Below are positions 1 to 8,045 of a DNA stretch of 64,000 bases, in pieces (position 1 is the stretch's first letter; each line of letters starts with the position of its first letter). Under the pieces are notes generated by a model, which did not search any database, was not told the DNA's origin, and saw only the letters and a list, made by a program, of their open reading frames with translations. Source of the stretch: Nitrospirota bacterium (GTDB lineage: Bacteria > Nitrospirota > Thermodesulfovibrionia > Thermodesulfovibrionales > Dissulfurispiraceae); NCBI GenBank assembly GCA_040754455.1, contig JBFMCP010000002.1:175639-239638 (forward strand), read 5' to 3'. The position numbers and the translations under genes are program-made.

Positions 1-584
1 CCGCCTTTAGAGAGGCGCTCATCGCAGAGCTCAAACGGTTTCATAAAGAGCATCCCCTGAAGCCGGGCATGACAAAAGAGGACCTGAGGACGCGCATCAG
101 GATCTATCAAAAGGATGCCGAGAGGGTCTTCAACAGTCTGGTCGATATGGTGAAGGAAGTGGTGGTCGAGAAGGAGACGGTACGTCTCAAGGACTTCACG
201 GTGGCCCTGACCAGCACGGATGAGGGAGTGAAGGGCAGGATCATCGCAACCCTCAACAAAGAGGGATTTCAGCCCTCATTCAAGCCCGAGCTCGCCCAGA
301 AGCTGTCCCTTGGTGAAAGGGAGCTCGGCGATCTGCTCAAGCTCCTGACTGCGGAGGGCGCGCTGGTGCGCATCAACGATTCCCTGTATATAACGAAAGA
401 GCAGTATGACAGGATCATCGCATTGCTGAAAGACTTCTCTTCGAAAAAGAGCGAGATGACCGTTGCGGAGTTCCGAGACCTCCTGGGCACTACCCGCAAG
501 TATGCCCTTCCGTTCCTCGAGTATTTCGATTCCCATCGGATGACGCTGAGGGTTGGGGATACGAGAAAATTAATGATAAAATAA
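1..584 (+). CDS. selB: Selenocysteine-specific elongation factor SelB, C-terminal winged-helix part (5' truncated by window edge)
   Basis: Frame is open from nt 3 (AFREALIAELKRFHKEHPLKPGMTKEDL); C-terminus MTVAEFRDLLGTTRKYALPFLEYFD..TLRVGDTR is the SelB SECIS-binding WH4 motif. Confidence 0.9.
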   Translation, partial: AFREALIAELKRFHKEHPLKPGMTKEDLRTRIRIYQKDAERVFNSLVDMVKEVVVEKETVRLKDFTVALTSTDEGVKGRIIATLNKEGFQPSFKPELAQKLSLGERELGDLLKLLTAEGALVRINDSLYITKEQYDRIIALLKDFSSKKSEMTVAEFRDLLGTTRKYALPFLEYFDSHRMTLRVGDTRKLMIK

Positions 585-587
585 AAA

Positions 588-678
588 AGAATTCAGAATT
601 CAGGAGCCGGAAGCCAGAGTAAAGAAAAAGATCTGAACTGATTTATTCTGACTCCTGGATTCTGGCTTCCGGCTCCAG
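588..678. repeat. Inverted array of degenerate 7-mers (AGAATTC/AGGAGCC/GGAAGCC type)
   Basis: ggagccggaagccaga (603-618) is the perfect reverse complement of tctggcttccggctcc (661-676); both arms show 7-nt periodicity; a T-run follows. Confidence 0.8.
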
Positions 679-721
679 TTTTTACTACTAACAACTACGA
701 AAGGGCAGTACAGCGAACACA

Positions 722-2176
722 ATGAAAAGACGGTTACTCTGGATTCCGGCCATTCTTCTGATCGGGTTCTTATTGGGCGGCATCACCTATTATTTCCTCA
801 GCAAGAGTATTGCGCCTACCTATATCCCGTTTACTCCACGGGTCCCTGGGTCGATCGTCGAGAGCTCGAGGGCCTTCTCCGAAATCGTGCGTGCGGTCTC
901 TCCCTCGGTCGTCAATATATCGAGTATCAAGACACTCAAGCGCCAGCCGACCCCCTTTGATGAATTCTTCGATTTCCTCTACCCGTTTCCTGACGGCAAT
1001 GCGAAGCGATGGAAAGAGCAGAGCCTCGGCTCCGGTGTCATCGTTTCTGCAGACGGCTATATTGTCACGAACAACCATGTCGTCGAGCAATCGGACGATA
1101 TCAAGGTGATCCTCTTCGACAAGCGGAGCTTCAGGGCGAAGATCATCGGAGCAGACCCCAAGACCGACCTTGCCATCATCAAGATCAATGCGAAGGACCT
1201 CCCCGTCGTCCCCTGGGGAGACTCGGAGCGGCTCCAGGTGGGTGAGTTTGTTCTCGCGATAGGTAATCCTTTCGGCTTGCGGCATACCGTTACCATGGGC
1301 ATCATCAGTGCCGTGGGCCGGGCGGATGTCGGCATTGCCGATTACGAAAATTTCATTCAGACCGATGCTGCCATTAACCCCGGCAACTCCGGCGGGCCGT
1401 TGGTCAATATCAAGGGAGAGCTGATCGGCATCAATACCGCCATATTCTCGAAGACCGGCGGCTATCAGGGGATCGGGTTTGCGGTGCCGAGCGGCATGGT
1501 CCGCGTCGTTATGGAGCAGCTGATCAGCAAAGGGAAAGTCACCAGAGGATGGATCGGCGTCACCATCCAGGAGCTCACCCCCGAGATCGCCCAGAAGTTC
1601 AACCTCAAGACCTCTGACGGCGCTCTGGTAAGCGATGTGGCAAAGGGGAGCCCAGCACACAAGGCAGGGATCATGAGAGGCGATATTATCCTCGAGTTTG
1701 ACGGGAAAAAAATCAGCGATGTTGGTGTGCTGCGGAATATGGTCGCCCAGAGCAGGGTCGGGTCACAGGTCCCGATACGGCTGCTGAGAGGGGGCAAGGA
1801 GCTGATAGTAACGGCAACCATTACCGAGCTGCCATCGGACGGGACCGAGCCGGCGCCGGGTGCGCCGCAAAGGCCGGAAGAGGAGGGAAGCGTTCTGTCC
1901 GGAATCGCTGCCGTCGACCTTAACCGTGCCATCGCAAAGCAGCTCGGCGTCGATAAGGACGAAAAGGGCGTTGTCATCATAAAGGTCGAACCGGGGTCTC
2001 CGGCGGATGAGTCGGGGATCAGGAAGGGCGATATCATCCAGGAGATCGACCGGCAGAAGATCAACAACCTGAACGACTTCAACAGGGTCATTTCCAAGAC
2101 AAAGGCCGATGATGCGGTCTTGCTGTTCATCAACCGCAACGGCAGGAAGTTCTATGTTGCGGTATCGCCGCAATAA
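722..2176 (+). CDS. degP: DegP/DegQ (HtrA) periplasmic serine endoprotease with two PDZ domains
   Basis: N-terminal TM; GSGVIV, TNNHVV, TDLA, IQTDAAINPGNSGGPL catalytic motifs; two PDZ repeats. Confidence 0.95.
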   Translation: MKRRLLWIPAILLIGFLLGGITYYFLSKSIAPTYIPFTPRVPGSIVESSRAFSEIVRAVSPSVVNISSIKTLKRQPTPFDEFFDFLYPFPDGNAKRWKEQSLGSGVIVSADGYIVTNNHVVEQSDDIKVILFDKRSFRAKIIGADPKTDLAIIKINAKDLPVVPWGDSERLQVGEFVLAIGNPFGLRHTVTMGIISAVGRADVGIADYENFIQTDAAINPGNSGGPLVNIKGELIGINTAIFSKTGGYQGIGFAVPSGMVRVVMEQLISKGKVTRGWIGVTIQELTPEIAQKFNLKTSDGALVSDVAKGSPAHKAGIMRGDIILEFDGKKISDVGVLRNMVAQSRVGSQVPIRLLRGGKELIVTATITELPSDGTEPAPGAPQRPEEEGSVLSGIAAVDLNRAIAKQLGVDKDEKGVVIIKVEPGSPADESGIRKGDIIQEIDRQKINNLNDFNRVISKTKADDAVLLFINRNGRKFYVAVSPQ

Positions 2177-2180
2177 AGGC

Positions 2181-2256
2181 AAATCCTAACCACGAAACTC
2201 TAAATCCTAAATTAAGGACTTTAGGTTCAGCGTTTAGATAGTAGATTTCGGATTTT
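2181..2256. repeat. Inverted array of degenerate 7-mers (AAATCCT type)
   Basis: aaatcct aaccacg aaactct aaatcct aaat ... ttt aggttcag cgttt agatagt agatttc ggatttt. Confidence 0.65.
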
Positions 2257-2278
2257 AACGAGAGGAGGTGATACAGAG

Positions 2279-3259
2279 GTGCATATACTTGCAAAGAGTG
2301 CTGTTGTCGCGATCTTTGTCATAGTAGGCTATTTTTACGGTTTCAGATACGGCTTTATTGTAGAAGGATTGGTTGCAGGACTTTTTCTCGGCCTTATCTC
2401 TCTCTTGGTCGAATCCCGCCTGCGGAGGGTCTCCTTTGGCTCTGTGCTCGGTGGCCTGGTCGGATTGGGGATGGGCCTGGTGTTCGCAGTGCTGCTGCTC
2501 TTCCCCCTTCGCTCCATTGTTACCGACGAAAACTGGGGAATCGCATCATTTGTGCTTACAGCGGTCCTTGGCTACGGCGGCCTGTTCGTCGGGCTGCAGA
2601 GGGGCAAGAATCTCACTATTCCCGCAATTATGCGGCTGTTCAAAGGACAGGAGCTCGAGCAGGACATTAAGATACTGGATACCAGCGTCATTATCGACGG
2701 CCGCATTGCAGATGTCATTGAGGCGGGATTTCTTGAAGGCACGTTCATTATTGCCCAGTTCATCCTGCAGGAGCTGCAGTACATCGCGGATTCGCCGGAC
2801 CCCATGAGAAGGGCGAAAGGAAGGCGGGGGCTCGATATCCTCCATCGCATTCAGAAGATGGCGAACATCAAGGTAAGGATTGTTGAAGAGGACTTTCCGA
2901 AGATCAAGGAGGTCGATGCGAAGCTCATCTCCCTTGCACGGCTGATGAACGGCAAGATCATCACCAATGATTTCAATCTGAACAAGGTGGCGCAGCTCCA
3001 GGGCGTCCCGGTACTCAACATCAATGAGCTGGCCAATGTTCTCAAGCCGGTGGTGCTGCCGGGCGAAGTGCTGAACCTTTTTATCGTCAAAGAGGGCAAG
3101 GAGCACAATCAGGGCGTCGCTTACCTCGATGATGGAACAATGGTAGTTGTGGAGAATGCGAGAAGACTGATAGGAAGGAATGCCGATCTGGTGGTCACCA
3201 GCGTCCTGCAGACAACGGCGGGAAGGATGATCTTTGCACGGCTGAAGGAAGAGGAGTAA
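2279..3259 (+). CDS. Membrane PIN/TRAM domain protein (YacL-like)
   Basis: N-terminal TM helices, ILDTSVIIDGRI PIN motif, TNDFNLNKVA, C-terminal TRAM (GKEHNQGVAYLDDGTMVVVE..SVLQTTAGRMIFA); sits upstream of ispD-ispF as in Bacillus; GTG start with GGAGG RBS. Confidence 0.92.
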   Translation: MHILAKSAVVAIFVIVGYFYGFRYGFIVEGLVAGLFLGLISLLVESRLRRVSFGSVLGGLVGLGMGLVFAVLLLFPLRSIVTDENWGIASFVLTAVLGYGGLFVGLQRGKNLTIPAIMRLFKGQELEQDIKILDTSVIIDGRIADVIEAGFLEGTFIIAQFILQELQYIADSPDPMRRAKGRRGLDILHRIQKMANIKVRIVEEDFPKIKEVDAKLISLARLMNGKIITNDFNLNKVAQLQGVPVLNINELANVLKPVVLPGEVLNLFIVKEGKEHNQGVAYLDDGTMVVVENARRLIGRNADLVVTSVLQTTAGRMIFARLKEEE

Positions 3260-3261
3260 GG

Positions 3262-3423
3262 AAGTGGCAGGAGTGGGTACGGAAAGGAGCTTTCTCATGC
3301 GCAATTTATTTGAATGGATATGCCTCTCTCAATTGTAAAGATAGATGCTATCGAGGATGTGAGATCTTAGTGGAAGCTAAGGAGGCGCTAGAAAGCTCCT
3401 TTCCGTACCCACTCCTGCCACTT
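3262..3423. mobile_element. MITE-like element with 34-bp perfect terminal inverted repeats
   Basis: aagtggcaggagtgggtacggaaaggagctttct (3262-3295) is the exact reverse complement of 3390-3423; 94-bp non-coding core; no target-site duplication recognised. Confidence 0.55.
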
Positions 3424-3449
3424 ATATAGTGGAAAGAGAATAAAAGAAT

Positions 3450-4178
3450 ATGGATCACAAGAAGGGAAAGATTGCCGCTATTGTTCCTGCTGCGGGGGTC
3501 GGGAAGCGGTTCGGCCAGGACAGGAACAAATCGCTCTATGAGCTTGCAGGAAAGCCGCTGCTGATCTGGGTGCTCGAAGCGCTCCAGGGCGTGGGGGAGA
3601 TTGACGAGATCGTCCCGGTGCTCAAGGGCGAGGATATCGCGCCAGGTGCTGCATTGATAGAGCAGTATGGTATTACGAAAGTGAAGCGTGTCATTCCCGG
3701 CGGCAGGGAGCGACAGGATTCGGTTTATAACGGTCTCAAAGCTCTGGACGGCAGGGCCTCTGTTGTTGCTATTCATGATGGAGCACGGCCGCTGGCGGAT
3801 GCGGAGTTGATCCGGAGGACCCTTAGGGGCCTCGGCGATTTTGATGGTGCTGTTGCAGCAGTGCCGGTGAAGGATACCATAAAAGAAGGTAAGCTCCACA
3901 GGGATGAGGAGGGGAGCGAAACTAATGAGATTGTCGTCAGGAGGACATTAGACCGTGCGGTCCTCTGGGCGATCCAGACGCCCCAGACCTTTTACTTGGA
4001 GAAGCTTAGGAATGCACACGAGAAAGCGCGTGCCGATGAATATTACGCTACCGATGATGCAGCCCTTGTCGAAAAATACGGAGGGTTGATAAGGATCGTC
4101 GAGGGCTCCTATAGGAATATCAAGGTAACCACGCCTGAAGATATCGCCATCGCGGAAGCCCTCTTGAAATGTAGATAG
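3450..4178 (+). CDS. ispD: 2-C-methyl-D-erythritol 4-phosphate cytidylyltransferase
   Basis: AIVPAAGVGKRFG, GGRERQDSVYNGL, IHDGARPL, IQTPQTF, TDDA, NIKVTTPED. Confidence 0.95.
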   Translation: MDHKKGKIAAIVPAAGVGKRFGQDRNKSLYELAGKPLLIWVLEALQGVGEIDEIVPVLKGEDIAPGAALIEQYGITKVKRVIPGGRERQDSVYNGLKALDGRASVVAIHDGARPLADAELIRRTLRGLGDFDGAVAAVPVKDTIKEGKLHRDEEGSETNEIVVRRTLDRAVLWAIQTPQTFYLEKLRNAHEKARADEYYATDDAALVEKYGGLIRIVEGSYRNIKVTTPEDIAIAEALLKCR

Positions 4179-4262
4179 CCCGTATCCGGCTCCTCACTAT
4201 GCCTTCCTGAATAGAGAATCAAAATGCTCAAATTTGTTGCATTTGTTTTATAATGTAAGCCT

Positions 4263-4733
4263 ATGCGTATAGGTATCGGCTACGATTCACATCGACTTGT
4301 TGAGGGCAGAAAGCTCATTATCGGCGGGGTGGATATCCCTTTTGAAAAGGGACTGCTCGGCCACTCCGATGGCGATGTGCTGTGCCACGCAATTATCGAT
4401 GCGCTCATCGGCGCGCTCGGTGAAGGGGATATAGGAAAGCATTTTCCTGATACCGACAACCGATGGAAAGATGCATCGAGCATTATGCTGCTCAGGCATA
4501 TTGTCAATATGGTGAAGTCAAAGGGCTTCGAAATCCAGTGGATCGATGCCGTCATCATCACTGAAAGACCCAAAATGGCCCCTCATATCGATTTCATGAA
4601 AGCTGCGATTGAACAGGCCGGCATTCTCCCCTCGGTGATCAACATCAAGGCAAAGACGAATGAAGGAATGGGGTTCATCGGCAAAGAGGAGGGTATTGTC
4701 TCGCAGGCGGTATGCCTTATAAAGCAGATATAA
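4263..4733 (+). CDS. ispF: 2-C-methyl-D-erythritol 2,4-cyclodiphosphate synthase
   Basis: MRIGIGYDSHRL, GHSDGDVLCHAIIDALIGA, GDIGKHFPDTD, KAKTNEGMG. Confidence 0.96.
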   Translation: MRIGIGYDSHRLVEGRKLIIGGVDIPFEKGLLGHSDGDVLCHAIIDALIGALGEGDIGKHFPDTDNRWKDASSIMLLRHIVNMVKSKGFEIQWIDAVIITERPKMAPHIDFMKAAIEQAGILPSVINIKAKTNEGMGFIGKEEGIVSQAVCLIKQI

Positions 4734-4856
4734 CCTAATCACGATCTCAACTTCAGACCAGCAATCCATCTTTATACAGAGCTGTCCTCTTCTCTCGTCT
4801 TTCACTACACTCACTTTTTCATTTCGGATAGTATCATGAAGAAAATTAGACAATAA

Positions 4857-4886
4857 AAAAGGGCGGGTCTTGCGACCCGCCCTTTT
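4857..4886. terminator. Intrinsic terminator between convergent ispF and porin (probably bidirectional)
   Basis: aaaagggcgggtc-ttgc-gacccgccctttt, GC stem with A/T runs on both sides. Confidence 0.85.
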
Positions 4887-4914
4887 ATGTTACGCGTTGC
4901 CGCGTGACTGGTAA

Positions 4915-6330
4915 TTAGAAGCTGAGCTCGATACCGTGCCTTACAGCATAGGCATCATCATCAGTTGTTCCGCCAGTGATTGCTTTGACAGCATCGCCGG
5001 CGAAGAGGTAACCGCCCTCAACCCAGTAAACGAGGTTGCGGTCGATCTTGTAGGTGATCTTTCCGTCAACTTCGATACCTAAATCCTTGTCATTGTTTGT
5101 TGCGGTGATATCTTCAGATGCTCTCAGGTAATAAACGTTCACGAGAGCATTGAGGTCCTTCATGATATCAGCGGAAGCACCAACTTTGATATACCAGGTA
5201 TTGGTAATACCGGAGTTGTTGGGGCCACCTGCAGTTGCTGTGCGGTAGTCATATACATAGGTGTACTTCTGGATACCGCTCTGAAGAGTCTGGAATCCAT
5301 CAATATCATCATCAGCATCAGCGTCAGGATCGTTACCGCTACCATAAGCATACTCGAGGGTGAGCTTTACCGGAGCAAGGGTGTAGTCAATGCCTACGAG
5401 GTAAGCATAGCCACTATAATCCCGATCCTGTGCTCCTGCTGCTTCACCTTCAAGCGTACCTCTCTGCAACTCAACATCGGCCCTGATGCCGAAGCCGGCA
5501 ATCTTGGTCTGGCCTCTCAGGCCAAAGTTCCAGAGATGGCTGTCATTCTGCTCAGCCGGATCTACTGTAGAAACGAGTGAGTTCTGCACATCGATGTAGG
5601 TAGCATCGAAGCCGATGCTGGTATCTTTGTTGAGGTTGTAGCTGAGCAGCAATGAATAGAGGTCGCCGTCGTTGCTTGATATCCTTCTGTTGTTTGTTAA
5701 TGTGCTACCAGTTAATCCAACCTGACCAGCACCCTCTGAGAGTTTTGCTGTCAGGAACTCGACATGGAGATCTTTCATAGGATCAATGAAGACGTTGATT
5801 GCATCATCACCGAACTTCGAGTGATCATAGAAGAGACCATAGCCGAGCTTGACCGGCATATGACCGACCTTGAAGCCTGCAGGCACGCCGAGGAGGCCTG
5901 CACCCTTGTGCTGGATCCATGCTTCGAGAATGAAGAGTTCATTCTGTTTGAGGTTGCCAATGTTGTTAAATGCATATGAACCTTTGCCTTCACCAGCCGT
6001 GGTGCCCCACTCAACATCACTGCTGTTAGTACCTGTGCCATGCTCGAGGTGGACAACGCCGGTGGTGTTTTTCGAAACATCAGCCTGGAGGCGGAGTCTT
6101 ACCCTCTGATCATAGTAAGAGAGACGATCGGTATCGTCATCGTCAAAATCAAGAGTATTGTCCTGAACCTCACCTCTTACTCTGATGCTACCGCCCAGGG
6201 TGAGCTGGGTGGTGCCTTTTGCTACGACTGCCTGGGTCTCTGACGGGATGTCAGCGTGGACCGCGAAGGCACTCGCCGCAAAGCCAAGAACCAACATCAT
6301 GCTTGCGACTACTGCTAAAATTTTTCTCAC
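4915..6330 (-). CDS. Major outer-membrane beta-barrel porin (alginate-export/OmpJ-like)
   Basis: Signal peptide (AFA-VHA), alternating amphipathic strands, acidic loops, C-terminal Phe (HGIELSF); GTG start with GGAGG RBS. Confidence 0.8.
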   Translation of the reverse strand: MRKILAVVASMMLVLGFAASAFAVHADIPSETQAVVAKGTTQLTLGGSIRVRGEVQDNTLDFDDDDTDRLSYYDQRVRLRLQADVSKNTTGVVHLEHGTGTNSSDVEWGTTAGEGKGSYAFNNIGNLKQNELFILEAWIQHKGAGLLGVPAGFKVGHMPVKLGYGLFYDHSKFGDDAINVFIDPMKDLHVEFLTAKLSEGAGQVGLTGSTLTNNRRISSNDGDLYSLLLSYNLNKDTSIGFDATYIDVQNSLVSTVDPAEQNDSHLWNFGLRGQTKIAGFGIRADVELQRGTLEGEAAGAQDRDYSGYAYLVGIDYTLAPVKLTLEYAYGSGNDPDADADDDIDGFQTLQSGIQKYTYVYDYRTATAGGPNNSGITNTWYIKVGASADIMKDLNALVNVYYLRASEDITATNNDKDLGIEVDGKITYKIDRNLVYWVEGGYLFAGDAVKAITGGTTDDDAYAVRHGIELSF

Positions 6331-6517
6331 TTCCTAACCCTCCTATGGTTAGTTCAGTATGGACCGCCAAAGGCGGTGTACAGCAAAATGAAGATCGTAA
6401 AAACTGAGTAGTCAGAATCTGAGAACCGGACTTTGTTTCCTTCACCTCCCATGGGTGATCATCCAGTTGCTAAAGACCGGGAAAGACAAGCTTGAAAGTT
6501 GAACGTACAATAGAAGG

Positions 6518-6548
6518 TTTATACCATTTCGTACACTATGCCTGTCAA
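6518..6548 (-). promoter_or_regulatory. Possible sigma70 promoter for the porin
   Basis: Minus strand TTGACA-N19-TATAAA with TG extended -10; spacer longer than optimal. Confidence 0.4.
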
Positions 6549-6557
6549 GCAAAAAAT

Positions 6558-6589
6558 AGCTTTCAGCTATCAGCGGTCAGCCGTCAGCT
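6558..6589. repeat. 7-mer array (AGCnnTC), 3' arm around the four-helix-bundle gene
   Basis: agctttc agctatc agcggtc agccgtc agct; encodes the C-terminal LTADR and the stop codon of the ORF. Confidence 0.85.
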
Positions 6590-6929
6590 TTTGAATAAAA
6601 GAAGTCAGCATACGTTTAACCTCGACGACCTCTCCAGCAAGCGTTTCATAATCAGACACTTGCAATAAGCCAAGATCATGTGAGAGTAATAAGTGATATT
6701 CAAGTTCGCTTGCCGAGCCGAATGCTATCTGGAGAAAGCGAGCGAATTCGATCTCACTGCTTCTTCCGCAACCTTCCGCAATATTGGCAGAAATAGAGCC
6801 GCTTGCTCGGCGGATCTGGCTTGTTAAGCCATACATTTCTTCCCTTGGGAATGTTACAGTGGCTTTGTAAACCGCCAATGTCAATTGATGGCTTTTTTGC
6901 CAGACTTTCAATTCTTTAAAATCTCTCAA
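6570..6929 (-). CDS. Four helix bundle protein (23S rRNA intervening-sequence / S23 / bAvd-like family)
   Basis: FKELKVWQKSH, FPREEMYGLTSQIRRASGSISANIAEG, FARFLQIAFGSASELEY; TTG start with AGGAG RBS. Confidence 0.93.
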   Translation of the reverse strand: MRDFKELKVWQKSHQLTLAVYKATVTFPREEMYGLTSQIRRASGSISANIAEGCGRSSEIEFARFLQIAFGSASELEYHLLLSHDLGLLQVSDYETLAGEVVEVKRMLTSFIQKLTADR

Positions 6930-6940
6930 ACAATGCTCCT

Positions 6941-6971
6941 GCTGATAGCTGATGGCTGAAAGCTGATTGCT
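6941..6971. repeat. 7-mer array (GCTGAnn), 5' arm around the four-helix-bundle gene, inverted relative to 6558-6589
   Basis: gctgata gctgatg gctgaaa gctgatt gct. Confidence 0.85.
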
Positions 6972-7010
6972 TGATTATTGTCAAAGAGCCGTATAGTAGA
7001 TACGGTACGT

Positions 7011-7026
7011 AGCAACTAGTATGCCA
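7011..7026 (-). promoter_or_regulatory. sigma54 (-24/-12) promoter upstream of the four-helix-bundle gene
   Basis: Minus strand TGGCATACTAGTTGCT = GG-N10-GC consensus; upstream candidate enhancer sites tgtgaattgcggaaaca (7113-7129, TGT-N11-ACA) and palindrome gtcaatatattgac (7132-7145). Confidence 0.7.
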
Positions 7027-7213
7027 TAGCCTCTGGTAGGCATAACTAATTGTAATTTTAGTGGTTATCTATCAAGTGGGTGTCAAAAATTTGTGGTTAT
7101 TCTGCAACAATCTGTGAATTGCGGAAACATAGTCAATATATTGACAGGAGAGCAGCTATCAGACTATATTTTGAAAAAGACTTTATAGAAAACGCTGTTT
7201 CTCTTTGTCCTTT

Positions 7214-7245
7214 GCTGATTGCTGACGGCTGATAGCTGATGGCTA
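7214..7245. repeat. Third GCTGAnn 7-mer array
   Basis: gctgatt gctgacg gctgata gctgatg gcta; short inverted partner cagctatcag at 7153-7162. Confidence 0.8.
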
Positions 7246-7289
7246 TTTGTATCTTCATTGACCATTCAGACCACACCGATTTATAGTAA

Positions 7290-7865
7290 ATGAGGAAAAC
7301 GCACATGGCGAAGGATTTCAAATATGATCAGGCGATCGCCAAATACACGAAGATCATAGAATCGAACCCGGAGCATTACAGCGCCTACAACAACCGTGGG
7401 CTCGCCTATTTTAAAAAGGGCCTTCACCAACGTGCATTTGCCGATTTCGATAAAGCCATCGAGCTCAATCCCGCCTTCATCCCTGCCTACATCAACCGCG
7501 GCAATGCCCACCAGGAGCTGGGGCACTACGATGTAGCAATCGCCGATTTCAACAAGGCTATTGAGCTGGACCCCGGCAACGATATGGCCTACAACAACCG
7601 CGGGTTTACCTTTCTTTTGACGGGTCGCTATGCAGAGGCTGAAAGGGATATCGCAAAGGCGCTCGAGCTTAACCCGGACAATGTCTATGCATTGAACAGC
7701 ATGGCTGAACTTTATGCCATGCGCAACGATGCGGCAGAGGCCTGCACGTGGTTGAAGCGGGCTTTGGAGAAAGGGTACACCAACTGGAGCTATATCAAAA
7801 CCTCGAAGACATACAACAATATCCGCAGCGCGCCCTGCTTTATGGAGATAGTGAAGGGGAAATAA
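7290..7865 (+). CDS. Tetratricopeptide repeat protein
   Basis: Repeated AYNNRG..Y..AIADFNKAIELDP units; true start may be ATG 7305. Confidence 0.9.
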   Translation: MRKTHMAKDFKYDQAIAKYTKIIESNPEHYSAYNNRGLAYFKKGLHQRAFADFDKAIELNPAFIPAYINRGNAHQELGHYDVAIADFNKAIELDPGNDMAYNNRGFTFLLTGRYAEAERDIAKALELNPDNVYALNSMAELYAMRNDAAEACTWLKRALEKGYTNWSYIKTSKTYNNIRSAPCFMEIVKGK

Positions 7866-7871
7866 TAGAGA

Positions 7872-7946
7872 TGGTGGGCGATGAGGGTATCGAACCCACG
7901 ACCTCTTCCGTGTGAAGGAAGCGCTCTCCCACTGAGCTAATCGCCC
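7872..7946 (-). tRNA. tRNA-Val (anticodon CAC)
   Basis: Reverse complement GGGCGATTAGCTCAGTGGGAGAGCGCTTCCTTCACACGGAAGAGGTCGTGGGTTCGATACCCTCATCGCCCACCA: cloverleaf, TTCGA T-loop, encoded CCA. Confidence 0.96.
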
Positions 7947-8045
7947 GTCTTTACTATTATAAACAAAATCGGCAGCGGATGGGGAAGTTTTGGTGCCCTT
8001 TCCGTTCGGCAAGAGATCACCGTGACCAAAAGGGAGATTAATTAA

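Noticed and set aside
2279..3259. PIN toxin of a toxin-antitoxin pair
   Set aside because: Membrane-anchored PIN/TRAM YacL type in conserved ispD-ispF synteny, with no antitoxin
7872..7946. tRNA-Val as an integration site for a genomic island
   Set aside because: No integrase and no duplicated tRNA 3' end noticed in the window
7281..8012. 243-aa minus-strand ORF
   Set aside because: Spans the tRNA and is antisense to the TPR gene
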